Source of the DNA: Selaginella moellendorffii
Lineage: Eukaryota > Plantae > Lycopodiophyta
Length of the DNA: 64,000 bases
Direction: 5' to 3'
NCBI RefSeq assembly: GCF_000143415.4
Contig: NW_003314291.1
Location: forward strand, 883,702 to 947,701
This document shows positions 29,601 through 42,600 of this stretch, piece after piece (position 1 is the first letter of the stretch; each line of letters opens with the position of its first letter). The notes under the pieces were generated by a model. That model searched no databases. It had not been told where the DNA came from and was given only the letters and a program-made list of their open reading frames with translations. The translations under genes and the position numbers were made by a program.

Positions 29601-31406
29601 TTGCGGTGGTCAAGGCACTCAAGGAGTGGCAACACTACTTTGGGAGACACTTCAAGGTTTACACGGACAATGTGGCAACGAAACACTTCTTGTCATAGCC
29701 CGACCTAAGGGGAAAACAAGGTCGGTGGGCCAATGCTTTGGCCGAGTTTGATTGCGAGATTCTGTACAAGCCTGGGAAGAGCAACATCATGGCAGATGCG
29801 CTAAGTTGAAACGTGAGCTTGAAGTTGGCAATATCCAGCATGATAGCAACCTTTTGGGATGATGTGCGGACCGCATATAAGAACGACGGTCTAGCACAAG
29901 AAGTGTTGCTGAGGAATCTAGAGGCACGGGAAGCTCACCAGAGAGGTGAGCTGCCAACGGAAGAGAAAACAGGCTATGTGGAACACAACGGACTCATATA
30001 TTACAAGCAAACGAGGGTGTATGTTCCAGAAGGGGAACTAAGAAAGGTAGCCTTAGAAGAGTGTCATGATGGACCTCTTGCGGGACACGACGGAGTGCCC
30101 AAGACAATGGTCTTACTCAAGAGGAAGTATCACTAGCCAGATATGGCTAAGGACGTCCAAGATTATGTAAAGACATGTCCAACATGTTAGTAGGTCAAAG
30201 CCATGACTAAGGCTAGTGGGGGCTTGTTGCAAAGCATCCCAATTCCAGATTGTCCGTGGAAATGTCTTACGATGGACTTCATCACGCGACTACCCCCAAG
30301 CAAGGGGTTCAATGTGATATTCATGGTGGTGGACCGATTTTCGAAGATGGCACATTTCATACCCACCACAACAAAAGTGGATGCGGAAGGGGTGGCGAAG
30401 CTGTTCTTTGAATAAGTGGTTCGAGTGCGGGGAAGGCCAGAAGAGATTATCTCAGATCGAGATAAAATCTTCACCAGTAGGTTCTGGAGAACCCTCCTGG
30501 AACAGTATTGCACCAAGTTGAAATTTAGCACAGCCTATCACCCACAGACAGGTATAGGGTATTAAGTCAAGTTGATGGCACTAACACTTCTTGACAGACG
30601 AACAAACAGAAAGGGTGAATAGGCAGCTGAAGGATTATTTGCGATGCTATGTCTCGGGAGACCAGACCGATTGGGTAAGTCATTTGGGACTTGCGGAAAT
30701 GTGTTATAACAACTCACCACATTCGAGTATCGGGGTGAGTCCATGGGAAGTCATCAATGGGCGACCTATTGAAGGTCCTGTGGAGCTCGGTGTGGCCGAA
30801 TATCATGGAGAGTTATCCGTAGTGGAGGCATTCACGGCGAAAAAACTCAACATTTGGAATCTAGTGAGGGATTCCTTGGAACGAGCTCAACAAAGGCAAA
30901 CCAAGTACGTGAACCGGAAGCGTCGGGATGTAGAGTTCCAAGCTGGAGAGAAGGTGTGGCTGATCACCAAAAACCTCAGGCTACCAAGTGGGATCAGCCG
31001 GAAGTTGACCCAAAGGTAAAAATGCATGTATTCCATAAATGAGATTGAGGCACGAATTGGTAAAGTAGCTTACCGTTTCTGACTTCCTCGAGAGATGGGG
31101 AAGATGCACCCCATGTTCCACGTGAACTTACTTAAGCCGTACTTTGAGGATCCGCTTCACAAGGACCAAGTAAGGCCTTTATCTAAGGTTATCCAAGGGG
31201 AAGAGGAATACGAAGTCGAGGCCATCCTCAATGCGCGCAAGAGCAAGCAACAAGGACGCGAGGTGAGAGAGTTCCATGTGAAGTGGAAAGGATTTCCACA
31301 CTGCGAAGCGACATGGGAACCGGAGGAGAACCTAACGAACGTGCGAGATTTAGTGGAGGAATTTCTGCAAGGCAGAACTCTATGTACTTATGTAAAGTTC
31401 AATTAA
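26692..31406 (+). pseudogene. gag-pol of chromovirus B, with multiple stops and frameshifts
   Basis: Gag capsid region, damaged knuckle CYNYGEVGHFSREC, protease [17 protein letters not shown], RNase H ETDASDF, integrase H-H-C-C / MDFI / SDRD, chromodomain YEVEAIL...VKWKGFPHCEATWEPEENL. Stops at 27496, 27883 and others. Confidence 0.95.
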
Positions 31407-32226
31407 AAGTATCAATTGGTGAAGTTGAGCAATGGCATATATTGGGACCCGAAGGCACGCCGAAGGTAAGCTAATTAGCATGGGTTAGTTAGGTCGACCA
31501 GGCGTAGGGAGCTACGCCCGACTCCCTGCAGGGATGTCGAATCCGTAAACGTATTCTACGGAGGTTGGGTTTGAGTCCCAACCCCCTAGTAAAGCAAGGC
31601 TGGGTTCAAGTCTTGACCCCATAATAGGGCGTGGTGAGGTGAGGAGTATAGGGACACCTATATTCTGTTGTCATGGGCTCTTGGCCAGAGAAGCTAACTT
31701 AGGCACACCGCTAAGTGGGGGGATGCCCCCGGAGACATGGTCAACAAGTCGTAGGATCAAAAAGAGAGACGTTCGATGTGGGCATCGAACTTCTTCTGTG
31801 GGTGGTGGAGTTGTAAGGAACCAACTCACCAAGGTGTCATAGGCTAAAGGAACCCCGAAAGCATGACCAAAATGACAAAGAGTTCATCGGATGGGACCAA
31901 GTCGAAGATCGAGTCCAAGACCGACTTTGAGACTGAGTTCGAGATAGAGTCCGGAATCGAGTCCGAGGCCGACTCGGGGACCGAGTTCAAGACCGAGTTC
32001 AAGACCGAGTTTGAGACGGAGTCCGAGATCCGAAATCGGGTCCGAGACCGAGTCTGAGGTCGAGTCCGAGGTCGGGTCCGAGATCGGGTGCGAGATCGAG
32101 TCCGAGATCGAATCCGAAATCGGATCCGAAATCGAGTCCAAGATCGAGCCAGAGACTGAGTCCAAATACTAATACGGGTCAAGGGGTGAAAGCCCAAAGC
32201 GTGCGTCTCCCGCGGGGGGGGGGGGG

Positions 32227-35200
32227 TGTCGCGCATGTGACTTTAGGTATCGAAAGTTACCTGTCGACTAGTCCTTATGGACACTCTTACCTTACTGCCA
32301 CGATGGCAGGAGGTCGGTATTGCTGGTTCCCTTTATCAGCCCCTCTTGTTCAAGTGTTAGTTTACTGGGCTTAGCACCTGTACTTAGCCAGATGGACATA
32401 AGGTAGGAACTCCTATGTGTTTCTAGCTGAGCATACTCGGCCTGGCTCTTAGTTCTCTTTTGCTCTGTCTTGCACTGGTTTGACAAGAACCCTCGCGTAT
32501 TGAGATTGGTCCCTCAATATTGCCGGATGATAGCTTACCGTGTCTGCCAAACACCCTCGCTATCATGCCCTTTGTGTTGGTCTCATTTCGGTCCCAAATG
32601 CTATTTATGAAAAGTGTCAAGATTTGCTCATTTGGCATATCTACAGAATGTAGAGATCGTCTTGAACACAATGTTTCAAGCTTGTCCCAGAGACTAACTC
32701 CTGATACTAAGGGAGGCTTAGGGTGAAAGCCCAAAGCATGTGTTCCTCAAGGGGGGGGGGGGGGGGGGGGGGATATGGGGGGTTCCAAATGTATAGTAGG
32801 GATAGTGGGTAGGTCGGGCATGGCCGACCAACCTGAGGCATAGTCTAGCTCCTACTTGCGTGCCTGTCCTTGTTATGCGTCTGGCTTGGGTCTAAGCCCA
32901 AGTTCCATTCCATGCTAGCTGGTGGAGTACCCATGTCCGCACGTTAGGCCACCGGTGTGCCGAAATAGCGCTAGACTCTGTTTGGCTCCGTTTTGCATGC
33001 TGGTCCTGGCATTGGGATGCTGGTTGCTCCAGGACTATTCCATGTCGCTCCGGGCTCCTATCCCTTCGCTCCTTGGGCTTTATGCTCGGGAGTTGCTCCA
33101 TGGTTCGGTTCCATCACTCCTTGGCTCCATGCTTGGGAGTTTGGCACCGTTCCTTCGTTCAGTGGCCCAAGGCCCTGAACCTCGGGTTCTTATGGACACG
33201 TGGCATGTGACACATGGCATCTATCACGTGGCACAAAAGAGGGTTTAGGTTCCGCTTCGTGGTGTTATCCTATGGTAAATCACCATAGGATAAAGGGTCA
33301 AAACAACGTGCGCTACATTTGGTATTAAAGGATGAGTCTCAGCGAGTACTATTCAATGAGATTGGGCAACTAGTCTTGTTGCATACGCAAAGATGAAAAC
33401 GATGATCCGAGTGGGTACACATTTGGTGCAAAGGGTTCACATTCGTTCCTTGGGTATGGATTTGGTTACCTTGTTGTACCTTATGATGTGAGCTTGCTCT
33501 TGGGCTCACAAGAGGGATTGAGTGTTCCGTTCACACGAGTTTGTGCTTGGGCTCGTGAGTAAGGCTCATTAGCAACTCAAGGTTACATTTTGAGTTGGCA
33601 GGATTAATGTTAGCCTATCGGTGGTTCCATGAGTTGTTCCTTGTACTTTGGGTGAAAGCAAACTTCCCTGAGTTTGCTATGAGTGGCAAATAGGCTGGTC
33701 CGTAGCTGTTTAGCACGGCACTAGTGGATCCTTCCTAGGCATGGTTACAAGTGGATTAATCAAGACTGTAGGGATTAGTCTATTGGTTCAGGTAGTCATT
33801 GCTGTGCTCTCTCATAAACTTTTCTTGGATTGGACTAAAGGCAGTGCGAAAGCAAGCTTGAGGTTTAGTCAAAGATGAGACCGAAAAGAGAGTCATCGGG
33901 GACAAATGATCAAATACGTAAATCATTTTCTCTTCTTGGAGAGATGATTTGCAACAAGGTGTTGACTCATTGCTCATGTTCATATTATGCAATCAAGATT
34001 CCTTACCTTGATGCATCTTGGAGATGATGGTCTTACAAATGGTGAGTTATGGGATGGATAGTGGTGAAACACTATACCATTTTGTCTAGGCTTGCTATTG
34101 GAAGACTTGGGTTGCAATGTTCAATTCTTTGCCAGAGAACCTTGCTATTGCCCTTTGAATAGCTTGGTGTTGGATTAGTTTTGAGTTTGGTCGGAAAGAG
34201 AGTGGCATGAGCTTGTCCGTGTTGTGTACAAAAGTTAGTGGTGTTAGGTGTTGTAAATCTCTATTGATAGAGTGTGGCATTTATGTTGCATTTTGTCAAA
34301 TTGAGTTGACACTTGATATTCACATAAACCTTTGTAGTAGTGACATTGGCATTGCTCATATTGTTGCTTGATTGATGATCAAGTCATTATGATTTCTATA
34401 TCATACCCATGTGATAGTGAGCAATGTGTTTACAAAGTTGCTTAGGTAAATGATGATCAACCCCAAAGTGGTTGATAGTGAAGCTAGTCTACTTGCATAA
34501 AGTAGCATTGTAGTAGCTTTGACTGGATTCTCGATGGTGGTCCATTATGCTAAGCTTAAGTTGGTTCCTTGTTTCCTTGAGTTTGCCCACTAACGTGTTG
34601 GAAAAGGGTTGTAACATTCATTTACTATAACTCGTCGGTTGATCCGTTAACACTTGGAGTAGATTATTGGATGGAGACAATGTGCAGTTGATGCATTGAC
34701 ATCACTAACACTTGTGTTAGTAGAAGTGGCATTGTTATTTTAAGTGATGAGGAAGTTTCCTTAGAGCTTGATTTTCCATATCATTTTTCTTGTTAATGTT
34801 TTGGCTTCACATTAGATTTTGAAGGTGATTGAAGAAAAGTGTTAGTGCAATGTGGATATCCAAAGATGTGGTCTTCGTGATCAAGCCTTGGATGTTCCAT
34901 TTGCATTTTATGGATGTCAGTGTTAGATGTCGAAAATATGGGCAAAAAGATGTTCGATGCTTAAGCATGCTATAGGTCTTGAGAATTTGTGTTGAGGTGA
35001 GCCTATGTGAAGTTGTTAAGTAGGAGGAAGTTGGTTGAGTCTTGAAAGTTTGCATTCCTGGACTGAGAGCCATTCTTTCTCTAGGATGGAAAATTTTCCA
35101 CAAATTTTCTTAGACTTTTCCAATGGCTGATCTATTATCACTTTGTCCGAAAACCATTCCGTTTTTGTAAGCCTGTACAAACTAGTGAAGGGTTGGAGTT

Positions 35201-38200
35201 GACTTTGGTTGGCTTAGACCTTAATAAGTAGTTTGTATGATGCAACCTGAAAGGGATGTTAACTTTTGGGGCTAAGGCAATTAAGTTGGATAAAGTCTGG
35301 AGTTGATGTAGAAAAGTGGCCGTTGCACTTTTCTGAGAAAGGTGACCCTTGTGCCTTTCTTTTGTGGCATTATGCTTGGTGGCAGGTTGCACCTTGCATT
35401 TCGTAAGACTCTATGAGAGTAGTGAGCTCTCACTGATCTTGACTTGGTCTTAGTGGCTTTGCGCCTTGGCTGAGGATGGTGATGTCCAACTTAGTTGTTT
35501 GGGGTTGAGATGTTGGTACCTGTACTATAGCTTTGTCTAAGTGGAGGTTGTGTACCGATATGAGTTCATCTCATGGTCTTCACTTTAGTTTCAACTAAGT
35601 GTTGATCATGTATAGCTAGCCTCTTCAAGGCATGCTCAGAGCTGTTGGCTAAGTGCATTGGTGAGCTTATTGCGGTTGAGTTGAATTCAAGTGGTCATTT
35701 AGTTCGTGCTTCTCCATGAACCTTATCTCAGTTTGGGATATTATGTTCACGTTGGTCAAGTATATGACTCGATGACAAGAGTTTAGTGTTTGGGTCTTGT
35801 GAAGGCGAGTTGAAGGGTGATTGTTGGTTGCTTTGCGACTAGTGATCGCTTGTAGACTTTGTCAAGGACTGTTAACACTTGCTTCACTCGATGATGATTT
35901 AGCAGTGATGAGTTTACTTTATCGGATGGTGTTGCGGAGGATCATGTCGTTAGACTTACATGGGTTTTCCATGTTGGCATGTCGACTCTACCTCTGTTGA
36001 TATCATTTGGTTGCATTTAGTTCATAGTGTTAGATTTCATTGAGTCTTGGACGTGGTGATTCACTCCTTAAGGAAGTGTTATCTGTAACTGAGTTTTGCT
36101 AAAAGATTGGTCTCGGATACTAACTAAAGTATCTTTGACCTTGGTTAGCTTGGTTGCTAGAGAGCTTTGAGTGGTGATACACTCGTGCTTTCTTCTAGCT
36201 TTGTTCTAGTGTTGATGGCATTGAAGTGATGCCTTGTCGTAGACATTGTTGATGTTGAGATTTTAGTGAAATGAGATGTCTCTCCGCAAGATTGATATCG
36301 AGTTTCATTAGTTTTGATAAAGATAGTGTTGATGATTTGGCTATAGCTTTGTGTTATTAACATTCGTGCATTTGCTAGTTAGCAACTGTATTGACGTTCA
36401 AATGAACTGAGTGGCAAGTTTGAGTTAGTTGTGTTCTAAACAAGATTATTTAGTAGTGGTTGAACTTTGAGCTTTTCCTTGAAAAGTGATTTAGTCAATG
36501 GACTATGCTAACTCTACAAGCAGAAGAGTTAATGATTGATATTGGAATGTTTGAATCTTTATGGGATTTTAGTTGAAATATATCGATCATTGATGATTCT
36601 TCTTGTGCTTGCTATGAAGTGAATTACGTCTTGCTATAGATGGATTCATAGAGGATCGTTTGGTGATCACTTGTCGAGCATAACTTCGTTATGCTTAGCT
36701 TTTGGATTGATGCAAGCATGCTCTTCATTAGCTTTGCATTATGAAGTTTAGCTTATGGATGTGTTGAGGAAGATGTTGTGAGTTGCACCATAATTTCTTC
36801 TTTAACATTGAAGTTAGTTCATGTGAGACTTGTGATCATTGTTAGGAAAGACTTGGCTATAAACTTCTTCGAGCTTTTGGTTCTTTGAGTTTTATGCTCG
36901 TTGTTCCATTTGTTAAAAGTTGTTGGGGAAGGCATTTTTGCTCTTTAGCTTCGATGTTGAAGTTAGTATTTGCATCTGGCAATCATTGGTAATGATTGAT
37001 TGTCATCTAAGATAGTTGATTATCCTTGTCAAAGATGTTACTTGGTTATTGTTGATATCGAATGGTTTGCCATTCTGCGGGATGGTGGATTCCTTCTTTG
37101 ACAATGATTATGCATCTCTTTATTGATGGGATGATTGATGATCTTTCATGATGGTTAGTTGTTCTCTTTGATAGCTTTTGGCTTTTCGCAATACCGCATG
37201 TTCTTTGTGGTTTGCTCTGGATTGGTCTCTTGGGTTTGAGACATCAGTAGGATGTTGCTTACACTTGCTTAGGCAACTTGAGTTCCTTGGTACTGTTGGC
37301 TGGGATCTATTCAGATGGGCTTTTGTGATAGTTGGCAGGAGTGAGTGTTTGTTGGTCTTACCGCATTCATTCTGTTCTGTTGATTATTGCTCGAGTTAGT
37401 TTTGATAGATTGGGATGTTATTTCCTTCGGGTGATACATTCGCGAGCATCTTGCTTGCTAATCAATGATACTTTGTGTTCTTTTAGTTGTCTTTAGTAAG
37501 TTGTTTGGTATACTGTCTGCCATCTTCGGTAGTTAAGTTTTATCATTGAGTTTACTTGATGATATACTTGCTATTGAATTTTGTTGGATGGTAAATCCTG
37601 TGTTTACCAATTTTGATGATCTTGGTGGTTCCTAACTACTATAATGCTAGTTTATCAGATGATAACATACTTGGAATACTTTTGTGTTCTAATATAAGAT
37701 TTATTCACTGATAATTAAGTCTTTAAGATATCATTGTCTCTGACTTTGCTATTGTCCATCTATTGATCTTTGAGTTTGGGCCAATATAGGCAGACTGGTT
37801 TCGGCACTTCGTGTGCATGTTGAAATCTCTAGTCATGGGGTAGCTACTGTCGACTGGTCACATAACCCGCCTCTCTGTCGATGTTCCTTATTCCGTTAAA
37901 AGGGCGTGACCGTGTAAACAACTCTAACTGCCTGTTTACAGTAGTCTATCTAAACCTTACCGACGGGTTTGGTTTCTTTGCTCAGGAGGGTTGGGGCTTT
38001 TAGCTTCTCTCTCTATGTCCTTGCAGACAGGGGCGTATCACACTTTGTAAGCTGGGTGACTCCCAGAGCAGCAAGGGTGGCTGACTCCGTTAGTCATTTC
38101 CTTGTCGGCGACGGCCGGAAGGTGTCTGAGCTAGTAGCACATTCGTGTTAGACAAAGAGGTTGCCTCCTAACTCATTTAAGTCGGTGCATTTCTCACATA

Positions 38201-39439
38201 GTGTGAATACCGTGAACTTTTTCTAGAGTTGTTTCCTTGGCGGTATTCTAGACTCGAGTATGCATCGACGAGGACGTCGATCTTCCCTAGGGGGAGAGTG
38301 TCGCGCATGTGACTTCAGGTATCGAAAGTTACCTGTCGACTAGTCCTTACGGACACTCTTACCTTACTGCCACAATGGCAGGAGGTCGGTATTGTTGGTT
38401 CCCTTTATCAACCCCTTTTGTTCAAGTGTTAGTTTACTGGGCTTAGCACCTGTACTTAGCCAGATGGACATAAGGTAGGAACTCCTATGTGTTTCTAGCT
38501 GAGCATACTCGGCTTGGCTCTTAGTTCTCTTTTGCTCTGTCTTGCACTGACTTGACAAGAACCCTCGCGTATTGAGATTGGTCCCTCAATATCGCCGGAT
38601 GATAGCTTACCGTGTCTGCCAAACACCCTCGCTATCATGCCCTTTGTGTTGGTCTCATTTCGGTCCCAAATGCTATTTATGGAAAGTGTCCAGATTTGCT
38701 CATTTGGCATATCTACGGAATGTAGAGATCGTCCTGAACACAATGGTGTTCGTCTCGTGTCCAAATTCGCAATCTAGGGACATTCCATATTTAGTAAGTT
38801 TCGAGCTTGTCCCGGAGACTATCTCTTGATTCTAAGGGAGGCTTAGGGTGAAAGCCCAAAGCGTGTGTTCCTCAAGGGGGGGGGGGGGGGGGGGCTATGG
38901 GGGGTTCCAAATGTATAGTAGGGATAGTGGGTAAGTCGGGCATGGCCGACCAACTTGAGGCATAGTCTAGCTCCTGCTTGCGTGCCTGTCCTTGTTTTGC
39001 GTCCAGCTTAGGTCTAAGCCTAAGTTCCATTCCATGCTAGCTGGTGGAGTACCCATGTCCTCACATTAGGCCACCGGTATGCCGAAATAGCACTAGACTC
39101 TGTTTGGCTCCGTTTTGCATGCTGGTCCTAGCATTGGGATGCTGGTTGCTCCAGGATTGTTCCATGTCGCTCCGGGCTCCTATCCCTTCGCTCCTTGGGC
39201 TTTATGCTCGGGAGTTGCTCCATGGTTCGGTTCCATCACTCCTTGGCTCCATGCTTGGGAGTTTGGCACCGTTCCTTCGTTCAGTGGCCCAAGGCCCTGA
39301 ACCTCGGGTTCTTATGGACACGTGGCATGTGACACGTGGCATTTATCACGTGGCACAAAAGAGGGTTTAGGTTCCGCTTCGTGGTGTTATCCTATGGTAA
39401 ATCACCATAGGATAAAGGGTCAAAACCACGTGCGCTACA
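32227..39439 (+). mobile_element. Element C: second copy of the A family (non-coding LTR element), inserted into the poly-G tract of B's 3' LTR
   Basis: LTRs 32227-33317 and 38299-39439 (TGTCGCG...GCTACA); degenerate PBS TGGTATTAAAG; PPT AGGGGGAGAG; poly-G on both flanks; ~5 kb T/G-rich interior without long ORFs. Confidence 0.93.
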
Positions 39440-41569
39440 GGGGGGGGGGGGGCTGTAGGGGGTTCCAAAAGTATAGTAGGGATAGTGAGGTCCAGGAACC
39501 AGTTTTGAAGGGACTCTTTAGTGGGGCTTCTAAACCGACTTGAGGTTGAGACTGGGACCGAGGGGCCTTGGGTGGGAGTGAGTATGGACTTGGTTGGTGC
39601 CGAAGGGGCCATCCAAGGAAGTGCTCAAGAGCAGCTCCCACTCCCGAAAGGGAAACTGACTGCGGTGCTCCCGGCTCATGTGGAGTGGTGCCCCACTTGA
39701 GTACCATATGGCTCATTGGTCCTCGCCCTTCCTAGGGGCTTGGGCCTTCCTTCGGGATGGAAGTGGGGGGGTAGAGGTACCCATACCGGGCCGTTAGGCC
39801 ACGGTGTTTCGCCCCGGCGTCCCGAAGCAAGTGTTGCACCCAAGACTTGGGATTTAGAGGGTCCCATGATCAAGTCTTGTGGTACCAAGGGGTGTTAGGA
39901 ACCTGGAGGCTTGGTGTGCTTGGCTGCTTGTGCCTGTGGGGAGTGTAGCCAAACCTTAAGTCCAGTCTAACCCGGGGAGGGGGATTGGGAGAGATTGGGA
40001 ATCCGTGGATGGATGGCTAACGCTCCGTTGCTCGTGCAGTGAGTAGTTGAAACCAAGTAGGACCAAGTAGGAGTTGGTACCATAGGCGGGAACCTTGGCG
40101 ATGGAACTTAGCAAAAGCCAAGGTAGTGTCAGACGGATAGACGAGGTAAGCTGGCAAATTGGAAAGGAAAAATTTGTGGCTTACAAATGCCTCAACCTCA
40201 CATCTTCTCCATCCAACAATCTACTCCAAGTGTTAATGGATAAACCAATAAGCCATAGCAAGCGATTGCTATAACCCTTTCTAACACCTTATGGGCAAAC
40301 CCAAAGAACTAAAAAACCAACTTAAGCTTAGCATAATGGACCACCATCAAGAATCCAGTCAAAGCTACTACAATACTACTATATGCAAGTAGATTAGCTT
40401 CACTATCAACCACTTTGGGGTTGATCATCATTTAACCAAGCAACTTCGTAAACACATTACTCATTATCACATGGATATGATATAGAGTCACAATGAATTG
40501 ATCATCAATTGAGCAACACCACGAACAATACCAATGTCATTACTTCAAAGGTTTATGTGAGCATCAAGTGCCAACTCAATTTGACAAAATGCAACATAAA
40601 TGCCACACTCCACCGATAGAGTTTTATAACACTGAACACCACTAACTTTTGTTCACAACATGGACAAGCTCATACTACTCTCTTTCCGACCAAACTCAAA
40701 ACTAATCCAACACCAAGCTACTCAAGGAGCAATGGCAAGGTTCCCCGGAAAAGAATTGAGCATTGCAACTTGAATCTTCTAATAGCAAGCATAGACAAAA
40801 TGGTATAACACTTCACTGCTATCTATCCCATAACTCACCATTTATAAGATCATCATTTCCAACATGCATCAAGGTAGGGACTCTTGTTTGCATATTGTGA
40901 ACATGAGCAATGAGTCACACCTTGTTACAAATCATCTCTCCAAGAAGAGAAGATGATTTACGTGTTTGATCCTTCGTCCTTGATGACTCTCTTTTCAGTC
41001 TCATCTTTTTGACTAAACTTCAACCTTGCTTTCGCATTACCTTCAGTCTAATCCAAGAAAAGTTTATGAGAGAGCACAACAATGGTTACTTGAATCAATA
41101 GACTCATCCCTGTAGTCTTGATTGATTCACTTGCAATCATGCCTAGGAAGGATCCACTAGTGCCGTGCTAAACAGTTACGGGCTAGCCTATTTGCCACTC
41201 ATAGCAAACCTAGGGATAGGTTTACTTTCACCCATAGTACATGGAACAACTCATGAAACCACCGATAGGCTAACATTAATCCTGCCAACTCAAAGCGTAA
41301 CCATGAGTTGCTAATATGCCTCACTCATAAGCCCAAGCGTAAATTTGTGCAAAACAATACAACTTAAATCCATCCTATAAGCCCAAGAGCAAGCTCATAT
41401 CATAAGGTACAACAAGGTAACCATATCCACACCCAAGGAAAGATTGCGAAGTCTTAGCACCCAAACATGTACCCACTCGGATCATCGTTTTCATCTCTGC
41501 GTATGCAACGAGACTAATTGCCCAATCTCATTGAATAATACTCGTTGAGACTCATCCTCTGATACCAAA

Positions 41570-42600
41570 TGTAGCGCACATGGTTTTGACCCTTTATCCT
41601 ATGGTGATTTACCAAAGGATAACACCACAAAGCGGAACCTAAACCCTCTTTATGCCACGTGTCATCTGCCACGTGTCCAAAGGATAGTGGTGTGGAACCC
41701 GAGGTTCAAGGCCTTAGGCCACTAAACGAAAGAACAGTGCCAAACTCCCAAGCATGGAGCCAAGGAGTGACAGAACCGAACCATGGAGCAACTCCCGAGC
41801 ATATAGCCCAAGGAGCAAAGGGATAAGAGCTTAGAGCGACTTGGAACAGTTCTAGAGCAACCAACATCCTAATGCCAGGACCAACACGCAAAACGGAGCC
41901 AAACGGAGTCTGGCGCTATTTCAGCATACCAGTGGCCTAACACAAGGATATAGGTACTCCACCAGCTAGCATGGAATAGAATTTGGGCTTAGACCCAAGC
42001 CGGATGCAGAACAAAGACAAGCATGCATGCGGGAGCTAGATTATGTTTCAGGTTGGTCGGCTATACCCAATCTACCCACTATCTCTACTATACATTTGGA
42101 ACCCCCCACAGCCCCCCCCCCCTGCTTTGGGGCTTTGGGCCTTCACCCCAAGCCTCCCTTAGTATTAGAAGTTAGTCTCTGGGACAAACTCGAAACTTAC
42201 TAAATATGGAATGGTGTTAGATTGCAAATTTAAACACGGGACAAACACCATTGTGTTCAGGCCGATCTCTATATTCTGTAGATATGCCAAATGAGCAAAT
42301 CTGGACACTTTCCATAAATAGTATTTGAGACCGAATTGAGACTATGATAGCAAGGGTGTTTGGCAGACATGATAAGCTATCATCTAGCAAGTATGCTTGA
42401 CTAAATAGACACTTAGGAATTCTTTCCTTATGCTCATCTGGTCAAGTGCACACGCAAAGATTAGTTTCTCAACTAGCTTAGGCAGAGACTGATAACGGGT
42501 TCAACAATACCAACTTCCTGCCATCGTGGCAGTAAGGTAAGAGTGTTTGTAAGGACTGGCTGACAGGTAACTTTCGATACCTGAAGTCACATTCGCGACA
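41570..42600 (-). repeat. 5' LTR of element A
   Basis: Followed on the minus strand by TT-TGGTATCAGAG; has internal deletions relative to 22422-23553. Confidence 0.88.

Larger units (their letters stand above)
25485..40185 (+). mobile_element. Element B: Ty3/gypsy chromovirus, full length but decayed
   Basis: 5' LTR 25485-26632; PBS TGGTATCGGAGCC 26636-26648; gag-PR-RT-RH-IN-chromodomain order; purine/G-rich PPT before 31812; 3' LTR split 31812-32226 + 39440-40185; perfect TSD AATGC (25480-25484 and 40186-40190). Confidence 0.96.
22422..42600 (-). mobile_element. Element A: non-autonomous (LARD-like) LTR retrotransposon, outermost layer of the nest
   Basis: LTRs 22422-23553 and 41570-42600 (TG...CA); Met-i PBS TGGTATCAGAG on minus at ~41557-41567; PPT AGGGGGGGAGAG on minus next to 23553; near-TSD TGTAT/TATAT; no gag/pol ORF in the internal part. 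Confidence 0.88.

Noticed and set aside
32922-33248. 108-aa ORF repeated at 39044-39370
   Set aside because: Lies within the duplicated LTR, starts at GTG and has no recognisable domain; repetition reflects LTR identity.
32227-39439. Possible retrozyme (hammerhead-containing non-autonomous LTR element)
   Set aside because: No CUGANGA...GAAA core with proper stems found by eye in the LTRs, and the element is much larger than known retrozymes; an Infernal scan would settle it.
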